Counted from the stretch's first letter, positions 48,525 to 62,484 are shown. The stretch is DNA of 64,000 nt from Trichosphaerium sp. ATCC 40318 (GCA_038496445.1 JALMLS010000015.1:558001-622000), one strand, 5' to 3'. Numbers and translations: made by a program. The notes: generated by a model not told the origin, from the letters alone.

Positions 48525-51500
48525 CTAGATATTCAAGAAAAATTCTATTTTGTACAGATAGAACGCAATAACTAAAAGAAAAGTAAATAATTGACCAAAA
48601 AAAGGTAACACTAAAAATAAACTACTCAAAGATATACACGCTGCTACTACCAACAACTAGCTTCTATGTAATGTATTTTACGTACCAACCCAACATGCTA
48701 CACCAAGTAGGTTTGAACCAACTAGATTTGTATGTGAAGTTGTAGCTTTGAAAGAAAACGGGAAGAAACCTAGCGAAAAAAAAATAGGTTAGCAACCAGT
48801 CCTCAGATAAGTTTATCATAATTTCTTTTAACGTACCTTGAAACACCTCATGAGAGCAGTATATTAGTATTGAGTTCATACCAACATATATAACAGGTGC
48901 ACCATTCCATATTTTATAAACGTCCATAATAAGGTAACAAAAACTCAACAAGATGTTGGCAGTGCCAGACATAAGTAAAATAAATGAAGGTGACCTAAAA
49001 AGAATATGTTAAGCTCTACCCTCTATATTGATGCCTCGTTAAAGTGAATAAATTCAATCACACATGGAATGATATGGATCAAGGCTCACAGTGGCCAGTA
49101 TCGCATGAAAAGGTAAACAGAAAAAAAGAGGAAAAAACATAAAGGAATGGTACCATAGATTTTTGTTAATAGGTATAAACCCACCATTCTTCTTTGCTTC
49201 GCAAAGGATTATTCCAAAAATACATTGAACTAGTCCCCAAAATAGCCATCTTACTATACGATGTTTATGACCTGAAAATAGAAATAAGGCATATGAACAA
49301 GCACTTAGAAATTGTCAAAAGAACTTCCAGTTTCCGAAGAGAAATTTGTTTACACTTTCGTGTTTTCTCAGATCACTAGATACTCTATATAACTACATGT
49401 ATATCACGTACTTTTATAAAATACTAATATTCTACCAGAAACAACACCAAGCCAGCACAAGAAAATAGAAGTGAGAGTACCAACAGTGCCCTAATGATAA
49501 AAAAAAATATGTAAGTACTTTGCTTCTTAAAGGAAATACTCGTTTGCTTTTTGTGTTTTTACCTCTGGATCATATGCTCCTGTTTTATATGTATCTTTAC
49601 ATGTTGGATCACCATAAATATGGTGAATTCCAAAGAGCTTCTTGTCAATATAAAAGTGTGAACCGCCAGTACATTTTTGATACTTTCCGTTATCACCTAA
49701 TCCTCCTGGTCCCAAATACCCTTCAAAACAATAGTTAAATACAATTCCGTATGTACAAGGAAAAAAATATAAAGCTGTAGAAGCAGAAGCAACAATCTAC
49801 TTGCAAAAACTTCAACAAAACCAAAAGGTTCACAGCGTACCTGTTTTACACCCTTTAACTGGTACAAGGAAAGACAAGAAAAACCACAAGCTGAATACAA
49901 CTAAAGCAACACCCCACTGATACAAATAAGGTAATAGATCGGCGAACATACCATTACGCTAAGAAGTTGATCAACAAAACAAAAAAGCACGTGTCCAAAA
50001 GCAATAATGAAAAGTTTTTGGGCTTTTCCATCAGTTCTAGATAACCCTTACCCCTCTTGAATAAATTTCCGAATCGTCAGCTTCAGTTGAATTAATACGA
50101 AGCACATCTGTGCCACGCTTACTACAATAATAGGTGAGTAATTTTTGTTTTTTCTTTAAAAATCATCTTACCGTAGTCTTGGGATAAACAAAATGATAAG
50201 TGAAATCACGCCATATGATACAGCAAATCTTCATTAATAGTATGTTAGTATCAATAGTAGAAAGGAGAAAAATCTTTCGAAAATGGACAGTTATACAAGT
50301 TTTTTAAGTATGTTTTTTTTTTGTTTGTACATGTACCTTTGTAATACTCCAGGTACACGACAATTATTTAGATCCCAACAATTATTAATAACAATTACGC
50401 CAAGACCAAATAATATTATAACTCTAATTATACAAGTCAGTACCAACGTAAAATAAAAATAAAAGAAGACAATTATTAGTAATCAGAATGTTCGTTACCG
50501 TCTCACTACTTTGTAAGCAAAGAATCGAAGAGACCGCCTTTTTGTTTCATAGCTTCTAAAAGACAAAGCCATGGCTACACCCATTATCCAAATAAACCAA
50601 GGAAATACTAAATCAGCGAACGTTAAACCATTCCAACTATTAAAAAGTAAGTTAAAGATAAGTAAGTTTGACTTCTAGGACATACACTGAATGATTGAAG
50701 TACCAATAGCCACCTCCACCATAGTTTACAAATATCATAATAACAATAGAAAGTCCTCTAACGGCATCTAGAGACTTAACACGTCTGAAAAAAAAATAAG
50801 AAAATGGTGGCAAAAGGAAGTATTTTTTCTTCAAACAAAGTATACAAATAAAACTAAGCCCTTACCCTCTTTTTTTCGGTTTTCTGCTATCCTATGTACA
50901 CATAACATGAGTTTACAATACTCAATGATAGATTGGATACTACGTACCTTGCCGTCATGTGTATCCTCCAATTCATTCGTCACAATGAGCGAGTGTTGAT
51001 TTCGTTTCGAATTGAATCTACGCATCAAGAATATCACTAAGAAGTGTCCAACTACCCATAATATAGCTACACCAGCCAGTACAGAAATACCAACTACCAA
51101 AGGAACCCATGTCTTTCACTGTCAAGGAGAGAAAACATTTTGATTGTTGAAAGTGAACCAAAAGAAAATACGTAAAATTTTGGGATACACGTGTCGGTTT
51201 AGTGGTAACTGATACATCGTAGGCCAACCTTTGTTCTTTGTTTTTAATTTCAAGACTATAATATCGAATAAGAAAGTACTATAACAGGCGTAATGGTGGC
51301 ACTTTTTGTCGCGTTTTTTCGAAAAATGAGAAAAACATAAAATCGCGTATTCTAGCGTTATAATTATTGTACCAGTATTTTCCGTATTCCCCAAAGTTGT
51401 ATGTGATAGTTAGGGAGCTGTTACCACTTTTAATGACTAATCCGTATGGAAAAGTCGTAGATACGACTATTGGTTGCGGTTTCTACCCCTATTAGCATTC

Positions 51501-51807
51501 TATATGCTTATATACGTACTTCTGATGACCAAACTAGCGGTTTTAGACATTTATAGCAATTTGTAGTGACACCGTATATTTGTACTATAAAGGCGCTGTC
51601 GTTAGCGATTTTTGAGCGTCATGTAGACATTAAAATTCATGTACCAGGTAACGCTGCAGAATTGATAAAACCAACCATAGCCTGGTCCATACCAAGCGTC
51701 TTGTTAACTTGGCCATTATAACAGTCAGTTTGTGCATTCGAAAAAGCAACAAATGCGCATGCGATGTATATGATGCTCCAAGAGATTTGCGAGCGGTTTA
51801 ATACCAT
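48525..51807 (-). CDS. HGSNAT: Heparan-alpha-glucosaminide N-acetyltransferase
   Basis: [69 protein letters not shown]. Confidence 0.93.
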
Positions 51808-52387
51808 TTGTGAAGTGGTTTAACCGCTTAAATCGTAGTAAAGCCAAGAACTACGTTTCACAAATTTAACGTTGACTTCGCCTGACAAAAAAAACGTAAA
51901 TGTAAGTTTTTCGCTATTTAAAATAACTTCGAGTAGCAGAATACTTAAAAAGAATCTTAGTCATCAAAAGTTGTGTTGAAAACGAGTGTAAGAATTAGGT
52001 GGTAATAGTTGAAAAATGTGCTATTTATTGTTTCTTATTTTAATCTCGCATTAGAGGCCTTTGTTTGTTTTTGACATTATCTTTTGACAAAATTTCCCAT
52101 TGATCTACCGTCATTATAACCAACGTTTTTGATCGTTGATTCTGGAAACGCAAATCCAATGGATCACGTGACTGGAAATTTTGTTATTTTTGGTGTAATG
52201 GCTCAGTTAGTGTAAACACTGGCGATTGCCAGTACGTTGAAACGAAATCTCGTTACTTTTCAATATAAGATCTCTTCTTTAACTAGAGAAAAAGCAACAG
52301 AAGATGCAATCGCGATGCGGTATCTTCATTAAGTTAGTATTAAATAACGTGATGTATTATCTAGTGATTTTTAAATAAAAATAAAAA

Positions 52388-53197
52388 TCATTTATTTACA
52401 GTGCGTGGGTAGCAGTGCTTGCCCAAATACTGCATTGTTTTCGTTGTTATGATACTCCTTACAGCCTTAGTTCTTTGTAGCATATCAATGACACTGTACT
52501 GGACTCTGAGACAATATCTTATATCTATTGTATCGGCACCACTTAACGCCATGATACCATCACCTGTAATCTTCCAACATTTGAACAGGTTTATGGTATG
52601 TACTCCTTTGAGAGCTTTAATACCTTCATCAGACATATTTGAACAGAAAGAAAGATCGATATCATGAACACCTGCCAACATTGCAACACCTTTATCTGTT
52701 ATTCTGTTACAATTTCCAAGGTTAATAGTATGAACGCCTTTAAGATGTTTGATCCCTTCATCTGAAATGTTACCACATTCACACAAGTTCACTGTATGTG
52801 CTCCAGATAGATACTCACACCCCTTGTCTGTAACAAAAGGGTGAACAGGGCTCCCTATTGGTACAAGAGAAGGCAAAACAGCTGAGCTAGTAACAGCTCT
52901 GTAGAGCACCGTATTTTGTCCACCCCTGAAGTACTTAATGCCTTCAAGTGCCATCAGAATATCATCTGTAGGTCTCGGGCAATACACGTGCGCTGTTTTA
53001 AGAATATAGGGATACTTCGAAAGTAATTGAGCAGACGGGAAAGAAGTTATGTTAACTGTTCTGTAACCAACGTAATCATGTATTAGATCTCTAAACACTG
53101 TATTCGCTTGCGCTGAATTACATCTATCTCTATCGCTTAAATAGTTTAGAATCATGACATTGATTTCATTGGGTACATCTGCAAGCGTGGTATCCAT
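52388..53197 (-). CDS. Intronless F-box + LRR protein
   Basis: LADVPNEINVMILNYLSDRDR F-box, then about 22-aa repeats ITDxGIKxLxGVHTIxLxxC. Confidence 0.85.
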   Translation of the reverse strand: MDTTLADVPNEINVMILNYLSDRDRCNSAQANTVFRDLIHDYVGYRTVNITSFPSAQLLSKYPYILKTAHVYCPRPTDDILMALEGIKYFRGGQNTVLYRAVTSSAVLPSLVPIGSPVHPFVTDKGCEYLSGAHTVNLCECGNISDEGIKHLKGVHTINLGNCNRITDKGVAMLAGVHDIDLSFCSNMSDEGIKALKGVHTINLFKCWKITGDGIMALSGADTIDIRYCLRVQYSVIDMLQRTKAVRSIITTKTMQYLGKHCYPRTVNK

Positions 53198-53679
53198 GAT
53201 TAAGAGTGTTTCAGAATGAATTAAGTCACTATGCGGTTCTTGGTTCTCGTTTCAGCAAATGCTGAACAGCTTTGCGTGTGATACGTACTTACCAATCCGC
53301 ACGTTGGTTCGCTATGCCAACCAGACAATACTTAAGGTTTAGGACCTACTTATACGGCACGTAAGTTGTTATGTGGATGATAAATTTACGGTGCCTATTT
53401 TCTGCATTACCTGACAATTCAAAGAACTGAACAAGTTCGCGTCTCACAATCTTAGTGAAAATGAACATACTAGTGATAAGATAATGCTTCAGAGGTGTAT
53501 CCTCAGTAATACAGATGGTATGTAATGAAACTAATCTGTTTAAGGCTTAAAAACCAAAACTTTTCATTGTTCAGGAAGTGAACTATTAATTAGAGCAATC
53601 CCAACAATGCTGTTCATAACATCTTGCTTGTCTATAAAGCAATACTGGGCCACCAGGTGTCTTTCAATCCATACTGAAC

Positions 53680-53900
53680 CTAATTACTCAACATCTTCTC
53701 TTGTGATCTGGCATTTGTAACCAACCGGACAGATTTAAGAGACTTTAAAGATTTCAAAACTCAGCTTGTGACAGTTGGACAATGCTGAAGTTCCAAGTGT
53801 TTGAGATTATCCAGGTTCTTCAAACTATCGTCTGTTAGATTATCAAAAAAACCCAAGTGTGAGACTTTCAAGGTTAACCAAGTCTTTCAAACCTGATCCT
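53680..53900 (-). pseudogene. LRR relic
   Basis: LVNLESLTLGFFDNLTDDSLKNLDNLKHLELQHCPTVTS* with stops and no start. Confidence 0.6.
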
Positions 53901-54625
53901 GTCTTCTCATTAAAACACACTGTGAAACGGGCTTTATTGCTTCAGCTGCTTTTTCTTTTAGTGCGCTATGTTGCTGCGTTGCTTGCGTGTAGCGACTGAC
54001 TTAAGTTAATAAGCGAACATAAAACCAATGACGATGATTGTAGCTAAAAATAAAACACAACCTCATGAGAAACTAGGCAGTGTTAACGAAGATGCGAAAA
54101 AGCTTACGAATGATTATCGATAATCTCATTTTTTTGCTCATCACTATGAGCATTCAGTACATTGTAACAAACAACAAATATTTGATTAACTTATCTATTT
54201 TATCGAATATGATGCATGGAAATTAGTCAGGTTATGAGTAACGACGAACAGAAAACGTGATTGATAGTTTGTAGCCACAAATACAATCTCAGGTAGTTTT
54301 GGTCCGTGATAAGTGCGGCTGACGTAACAGAGTATGATCTACAACAGTCGTTTTGACTGCACCATGTAGAAGATTTGCCATCAGCTAAATCAAATCTATA
54401 ATTATATCACGTGCATACTAAGGAAATTATAAGAATTGAGTTTTAAAAAGCAAAGAAGTTTCCTCGACTTTTCTTATAAAACCTCGCTAGTTTTCAAAAG
54501 CTAATTGCTATTTTTTGTCTAGCAACAAGAATCTTATGTACATCATACGTTTGAGACAGGAACTGAGGGCATATTAATCACTGAATGAAACTACCTCAGT
54601 AAAAACTGTTCATAAAAAAAAAACG

Positions 54626-54943
54626 ATGAACGAAACAGCTGTTGAAGTAGTATGCTCATGTACTAATGGTAGTACTGATTCATCAACACTCGCAATTGTA
54701 GCTATTGTACTAAGTTTGTTGTCCATTGTAATATCTACAATGATGGCAGCTTCCGCTCTACAAAATAGCGACAGATCATTTGTGCTAGCTTTCTTAAGCG
54801 CTGGAAGATTCGATTTTGACAAGTTTAAGGGCATAATAGACGACTCGTTTGTAACAAGATTATGTTCTACTCTTTTTGGATGTTTCCAAACCAACACTAT
54901 CACATGGATGAGGCTTATCAACAACTCCAAACTTGATGTGTAA
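54626..54943 (+). CDS. Single-exon 105-aa orphan with one TM helix
   Basis: ATG in A-rich context, hydrophobic LAIVAIVLSLLSIVI, AATAAA just after the stop. Confidence 0.5.
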   Translation: MNETAVEVVCSCTNGSTDSSTLAIVAIVLSLLSIVISTMMAASALQNSDRSFVLAFLSAGRFDFDKFKGIIDDSFVTRLCSTLFGCFQTNTITWMRLINNSKLDV

Positions 54944-55099
54944 ACTCTGAAATAAACAGTTCAAATGTAACCAAAATTTCAAAGTTACCTCATTTTTTGT
55001 ACCGATGTTACCTCTCCCAGTCCGAAAAAGACACGTGTAGCTTCTTCCTAAACTATATGACATTTGTGGGTTTTGCCACAAACACCACGTACTGTAGGA

Positions 55100-55480
55100 A
55101 ATGGGAATTAGGCGCTTATCCTGCAGAACTCCAAGCATAATATTGTACCAACCAAACACAATGAATTTCTATGTATTCTCATCTTAAACAACTTGCGGGT
55201 ACAAAAAAAAATAAGTTGTCCTGGGTGTCACCAAAGTACAGATTAAAGCTTTAGCTGGTGTTTACAGTCTTATCTTATACAATTGTAAAGTGCTGACAGA
55301 TGAAGGGATTAAGGCTTTAGCTGGTGTTCACAAAGTAAACTTAAGGGTTGTTAAGGTATCACAAATGAAGGCGTTAAAGCTTTGGATGATGTTCATACTA
55401 TTGATCTTTCATTTACAACCATTGTAGATAAGTGTATCAAGGCTTTGTCTGGTGTGCACACTATTGATGTAACTGGTAAT
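55100..55480 (+). pseudogene. LRR relic (same family as 52388-53197)
   Basis: IKALAGVYSLILYNCKVLTDEGIKALAGVHKVNL / ITNEGVKALDDVHTIDLS / IKALSGVHTIDV, frameshifted. Confidence 0.8.
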
Positions 55481-55868
55481 CAACACATTTCAAATTTAGT
55501 TCTTATTGTATCTTTTGATTTTTCAACTTTCGCTTTTCGCATTTAGTCTTTATGGTAAAGGAGCGACATGTTTCATTGTATGTACTATCGCAAATAACAG
55601 AGTTGGCTCTATTGCCATCGGTGGCGGTACACAAGTTGTTATGGAGCGCAGTACTTAATCTAATGGTAGAAACGGTGTTTTTAGACAGCTGTTGTGCTTA
55701 TTTCACCTGGTATGCGTACTTATCAGACAAATTCACCTTCTGTAGTAGTTGATGTGGTAGCATAGGGTACACCAAACATGAAACAAATCGCAAGTGAAAT
55801 TGATTTGATGGATACAAACTGAACAACTAAAACCAAGTCTTTCTGTTCATAATGCTTCATTTTTTAGT

Positions 55869-58800
55869 TTATAAACAAAGTGTAAAAATAGTCCCAACAT
55901 CTTCCAACATTGATAAAACATCATCTGCACCAATTAAGCGTTTCTCTAGACAATCAACATCGTCATTAAAATTTTCTGATATATCATTATCTTGAGCAAT
56001 CTTCTTTAAATCTTTTAAGATAATACCAATCTTTGCAATATCTGATTTTTTTCTTATTTCATCCTTCAATAATCTTTCAACTTGAGACTTGATATCCATC
56101 ATTTGAATCTCATAGTACCTACATGTGTCACATTGATTATTTATATTGATGGACGTTCATTTAAAAAAGCATAGGAAGAAACTTACTTCTTAGGGTATAA
56201 GTCACGTGACATGTCGAGTACTATTGAAATACACTTACTTCTTTCAATAACGAACCCATTCTGATATAATTCTATAGCTGTTGTAACAGCGTTATTCTCT
56301 TGACAAATTGTTAAGGTATCAACAGAACAACAATTGAATCCGGCTATTATCTAAAAAGACATGTTACTAAGAGCAATGGGTACAAGCAAGAAACATTAAT
56401 CGAAATCTATGTCAAACCATTTGCAAAATCAACAGAAATTATACATTACGCACCACAGAAGTGGTGCTGGCAATGAGGTGTAATGTTTGATGTTGTGGTA
56501 ACAGATTGACGGCGGGAAATTATTGTTGCGTACACCGTATAACGTTTTTTTCCATTCTTGTTTTTTAGTGTGCTTTTTTAGTTGTTCAATCAGCTTACGT
56601 GGATTACGACACCAATCAAGACTTAGTAATTTTCTTAGAGCCATTTTCATATTATCCACATTTCCTTCTTTCTCTGCTGCTTTCTTTTCCAAGAGATTAA
56701 CAATCAAGAAGGAAAACAAAGGTATTAGCGTACTACAACAAAATCAGGAACATTCCTTGGTATGCTCGATGGTGCATCCTATCACAAAAGTAGTTTTAGG
56801 ACAATGAAATTTTTTTACGCTTTCTTGTCATCTGGCGAAATCACGTGACTAAGATGTCAACGCATTTCCGCTGAAAACTCAAAAGAATATGAAAAATGTA
56901 CATACCATCAAAAACTGACAACATGTCTTCAACGCTATTTGTATGGGTAGTTTCTTGGCTAATAAAACCTAATGGGTTTTAGTACAAACCATAAGAACTA
57001 AGGAAATCAATAGCACAAGTCATACTTGACCAATACTGTCCAGATTTTTGAACCAACTTTGAATTTCTTTTTGTTTGTTAGTAAGTTGTTTGACTAAGTT
57101 ATCATCTACGAGTATCTGATGTATAGCCTCAACTTTAAAATGAGTCAATTTAGACTCTTCATAGTTCTTCATAAACAAGCCAATAACAACAGGATCAGAA
57201 AGTAAAATGATACATCTTTTCATACATGATAAAGTGTTTGCGTATAGATGATATCCTTTAAATACCTACAACAGTTTAACAGTCTCATTGGTACTACAAG
57301 CTTGAAAAATGAAATTTTGTTATCATATCGTACTTGTGCCATTATGAGACATAGTTCGAAGTCCAGTATTGTTTTTGATTGTACTTTAGAATACAGGAAC
57401 TGTTTAATATGTTGAACCGTTTTACCCCTTTTTTCGATATTTGTCAAAGTTGCTGTTACAAATTTTGTTTTTCTATTCTTGCTGTCTGTATCAATGTACA
57501 CCAAATACTGTAAAAGTACCTCCAAAGTATCTAAACTATATTCTTGATATTTAAACGCAATATTGATGACTTGTTTAATAAATCTGGAACATAGTGGATG
57601 AAGAGGAATAAGTTCTTTCGTAGCAACTTTTTTTAAAAATCCCAACACATCAACGACTTGTGCTGTTGTAAGTCTCCGTCTATTAACAAGGCCCATTATA
57701 TAGTTCAAAGTTAATTCTAAGTCTACAATTCTTGATTCCATTACACAAGGTATCTCAGGGGATATAACTAAGATAATCGCATTACAGAGAATCTAAACAA
57801 AACTGTTCAATTTTTTTGTAGTAAGAAAAAAATAGGAAGCTTTTTTTTGTCACCATACCTGTACTAATGGTTCTACATTCGCACAAACAACTTCAAGCTG
57901 TTTACAAACCCCAAGAGCATCTTTGGGATTTGAAATTGAGAAAGCTTTAAGAAGTGATTCGACAGATTCATCAGAATCCAAAGCCATAGTAATTTGTAAA
58001 TGAGGTAAGTTAGCCTCTTGACAAAATGAAATATACTCTTACAAGAAATGTCAGATACAAGGAATAATTAATAGCTATTACCTTTAATCTTATTCATACG
58101 TTCTAATACCTTTAAATAAATCGCATACAATGGTCGTAGCTTGATCTTAAGTAACCCAGACACAGTCAAAACTTGACTTGTTTCCTTCCGAAAGATCATT
58201 AGTAAACTTGGTCTTTACTTTTAGTTATTGCTTTTTATCATACACACCTTATGTAAATAACGAAGCGCTAATATGGAGTGTGTGAACTTCCATCGTGACA
58301 CACGTTTCATCCATGGTTCAATGCCATCAAGTTTTATTACATCTGTCTCGATAGCGTAAAGCAAATTCTACAATTAAACCAATTAAGATACCAATAACAA
58401 TAACAATTCCATACTTCGGCGAGAACAATATCGGCAGCATCTGTAACATCTAACCATTGGCACTCATCAACATGAGCCGTTAAAGTAGGTAGTGATCCTA
58501 CAAGAGACTCACATATACTATAAAGAAGGTTTAAACCTAAAGAGAATAAATTCATTTTCCAAAAGTAATCAAACTTCATGACATACCATGATTTCTGGCA
58601 CTTGTAGCCAAATCGCTAGTATCCATACACCTTAATAGGCTTATTGACTTCGACAGCATAGGTAAATAATCTTGAAGGTTTGTAGTCATACTCTTCACAT
58701 AAGTCTTCAAATGACGTCAGCACGTTTTTTTGTTGACATGAGAGTTGCTTACTCTGAGAGGAACAGGCTTCTCGTACGTAGCTTCAACAGCTCTAATAAC

Positions 58801-58890
58801 GTCTGAATTAGATAGAGTACCATCATTCATAAGATATTGAACAACACGTCTCATTTGAGAGTCATGAGTTGTGCCTAAAATGGAACCCAT
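55869..58890 (-). CDS. Large multi-exon alpha-helical protein of unknown function
   Basis: Chain of minus-strand exons with GT-AG borders starting MGSILGTTHDSQ (possible N-myristoylation). No recognisable domain. Confidence 0.6.
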
Positions 58891-59539
58891 TGAAATTTCT
58901 TGTTCTTTCTTTATGTATTTTTCTCCCCACCAACTACTTTCGCTGTCTTCTAAACGCGTTTTTAGTTCTTTTTAGGCATCGAATGAGCAATTTAGGACGT
59001 TAACGTTGTATGTTAGGAAGCACAAAACGTTTCGCGCCAAACTAACCTGGAATAAACTCGAAACACTTCAATATCGCTTGACTACATAGCTCTTCTTGCC
59101 CAGAGGCAATATCACTAAGTTCTATATCGGTTGAAGTTGATAGTAACTAATATACACTCTCAGGGCGTTTACATTGTATTCTAGGAATCGTACAGCATCA
59201 TTAGATCCTTTGAAGCGCTTTGGATTAGATACGCCACAATCTGTCGCTTTACGCTTCATCACAGTATGTTACACTCGCTATAAGGTTGTTAACGAATTTC
59301 ACTTAGGCTTAACTCCAATAGCCCCAACTTAACACCGAAGATTTTTGCTTTGGCTAAAGTATATGCGCATGTGACAGGTTTGAGAAGAATTCTACCATTA
59401 GATAGTGTATTGCAACCAGGTACTGAATACAGTGAACGACAGGTAGTACAATATCATTTTATTACAGGTATCTTTTCCCTACTGAACAATACAGTAAATA
59501 GCGCTATGTTGCTGGGGTTTTAAAGAATTCTTTTACAAT

Positions 59540-60570
59540 CTAACTTAGGACCGCTTCCTCTCGTTGATAGTATACATCACTTCTAAAAATATATTTTGTT
59601 CCTTTCGTAACATTTGTACCACAGTGAAGTAACCCTAAAAGTATTGATTAGTTTATAATACATCAGGTAAGTATAATGTTAATTAAACAACACTTTGTTG
59701 GAAGTAAGAAAACTGCAAAAAAAACGTAAGTAAATTTTTTTCTGAAAATAACAACAAGCAATCAGTATTAGGTCTCATTGTACTACTTTGGCAAAACTGT
59801 TGTTCTCAACCAGTGTAACGTACCTTCTCTTTCACCTTGTAAAAACATTACAAGTAATCCAGGTTCAGGTGTAATATCGTGAGTAATCTCTTTGGAATAC
59901 TCATCAATAAACAAAGTGTGACCACCTTCAAATCCACCGTTCAAGTATATCATAAACGTGAACATACTGATAACGTCGTTTCCCAAAGTCCTTGGATAAT
60001 CATGATGTACATTAAACATCATATTAGGTTTATCATATTTAACTATACGCAGATCTGGATTCAAACCAAGACGTTTCCATTTGAATTTTGTTTTGCTATC
60101 CTGAAAAAAAAGTGTCAGTTACTGGCAACATGCAAGTCCATTCATAGCTAACAACGTACCGTCATTGGATCCGGTTCCTCTAATGTTTTAGGAATTAAAT
60201 GCTTTACTTTATCCCAAACCTAAGGGAGTTAGAACGTCGACGTCAGCTACAAAATGAATCTCCTCAGAGAAAAATTTGAAAAAAGTGACCGGTCGTACCC
60301 AAAGCGACAAAGGTACATCCCTGAATTCTTTACGCCAACACACGCGATAACCAATATCGCACATTCTAAACCCCTTTTTTAACTGTTAGGTCATGTATTA
60401 GTAATTAAAATATTGTTTACCTTCTTTTCAATGCCCTGGATAAGCACAGTGCTCTCTTGGGGCGAAAGCAAGTTCGGTACTACCCATGAGTTGTCTTTGA
60501 GCAAAGTCTTCTTTACGGCTTTTCCTGTTGTATCTGCGTTTTCCAGTCTGTCTTTTATATCCTCCCACAT
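59540..60570 (-). CDS. Prolyl-4-hydroxylase-like 2OG-Fe(II) oxygenase
   Basis: GLNPDLRIVKY, FNVHHD (HxD), TFMIYLNGGFEGGHT, LLHCG..VTKGTKYIFRSDV. Confidence 0.9.
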
Positions 60571-61185
60571 GTTTATCGGTTGTAAATTTTGGTATACTGT
60601 TCGTAGCGCGATTCAGCAAACTACAGACTTTTGAAGAAAATCTGCAAAAAAACGGCGTATTCTCACCAAGGAAAGACGATGAAGCTCATGAACTCAGCGC
60701 CAATGAACGACGAATTCGTCTATTTCAACGAACAAGTGGCCTCATGCTACCGTAGTACTCTAGCGTATTAACACCTTAGCAAACACCATTACCAACAAGG
60801 ACAGTATTGTAGGCGAATAACAAAAACAGCAATGCCGTTTCTTGTTTCAGAGATTCTGTTCTTAGCTTTACGCAACTATCACTAAAATGGGAACACCATT
60901 GTACATCTACAACAGCCTATGTTGATTGCATTATTCAGAGTGCAACAAATATTTCAAACAACACAACGTGTTTACGGTTTATAAAATATTTCGCACGTGA
61001 TTAGCATATTCTTTGATCACTGAGTCAATCTTTTTGCCAAACCGGTTTTTGCCTTTTTTAGGCTTGGAAAATCCAAAAAAAAAATAAAGACAACTTGCGC
61101 ACGAATAAATACACCCTTATTTTAGTTAACCCACTTTCCCTAATCTACCAAGAATTCTTTTACAAAAACTAAAAATCCTTCTTTT

Positions 61186-62484
61186 TTAAGATAATTTATC
61201 CAACTCACGTATAAAGCTATCAAATTTTTCTCCTTTTTCTTTAGTTGGGTTCAGTTGCACTGACTGAGTCAATAAATTCGTCAAACGATCACCTAAGTAT
61301 CATTAATAAGCTAAATCAATAATACCCATCTTATCTTATCAAGCAAAACGCAATGAAGAGCAAGAAAAAAAGCAAACAAGTAAAAAAAAACCTTTTTGGC
61401 AGTTTTCGCTATAGTTGACGTACCTAGAATAGCAACTACTTTCTTTTTATTTTCAGCTGCTTCAGAAGCAAAGTAACGTATCAAAAATACCAAAAACTCA
61501 GCACATTTTGACCTAAGTAACGTTTTTAGTAAGTGGGCGAAAAAATATTTTCAAAAGAACTAGAAACACCCAAAAAAATCCCTCAAACGCTCAACAAAGT
61601 CTACAGAACACTCTCACTGTGTTGAAAAAAATAATCGGAAAAAATCAAATCTCCAACGAAGTACTCTGCGTGTCGCGATTATTTATAACGCACATACCTT
61701 ACTTCCTTTTTAGCAGTCTTAGATCTCAATAAAGCAGTGACTCTGTGTATGCCTTTGATTTCGCGAAACATCTTTTGTAATATTGGTGAATCTACTAGTA
61801 TAGATAGTAGCGCATCGATGGCGGCAACTTGAAGGTTTGGTGTCGCGTTATTGTCTAGTACATCAAGTAACATCTAAAATGGCGTTATTTTAGATATAAA
61901 ACGTCACAACGCTTTGTTATTTTTTTTTCTTGTTACCTGTATAGCTTTATTATCTTGAGCCACATTTTTACTGGGGAAATGAATCAAACATAAACCTATG
62001 TGCGTTTGATCGTTAGTTTCGCTTAAAACGCTGTTAATGACTGTTGTTTACCCTGTAGAAGCTCCAACGCTATGAGGATTTCCTGTACGTGCTCTTTTGT
62101 TAATGTACCACCTGATTGCATCAACGGATTTAACACGCATTCAAATATAACGAATGCAGCTATTCAATTGATTAACAAATCGCAAAATTTGGTTCTAAAT
62201 AAATTTAGAATGTGCGAAACGCACCATTTTCTTCCTCTACGTCTTGTAGGCGCAGAAAGAAGCGCAGATTTTCTTCCCGTAACTCTTTAACAAACTGCAA
62301 AAGCTCGCTCAACCCTTGTTGGCGCAAGTAAGAAAACTTGCCTCGTATCTAGCAAGGTATAAACCTCCTTATTTACAAATAATCGATTTTGTACCTTCGC
62401 AAGAAACAAATTTGTCTTAAAATGCATCTCCCGTATCCGACGGTCGGAGTTTAGCCATTGAAGATAGTCGGAGAGTTGCGACAT
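61186..62484 (-). CDS. Cdc14 SIN-component family protein (S. pombe Cdc14 type, not the phosphatase)
   Basis: FFLRLQD, ALELLQGLCLIHFPSK, LLDVL..LQVAAIDALLSILVDSP..FREIKG, KCAEFLVF. Confidence 0.75.

Noticed and set aside
59000-59450. Possible further LRR relic (also 16700-16950)
   Set aside because: Resemblance is limited to a few residues and is not distinguishable from chance by eye.
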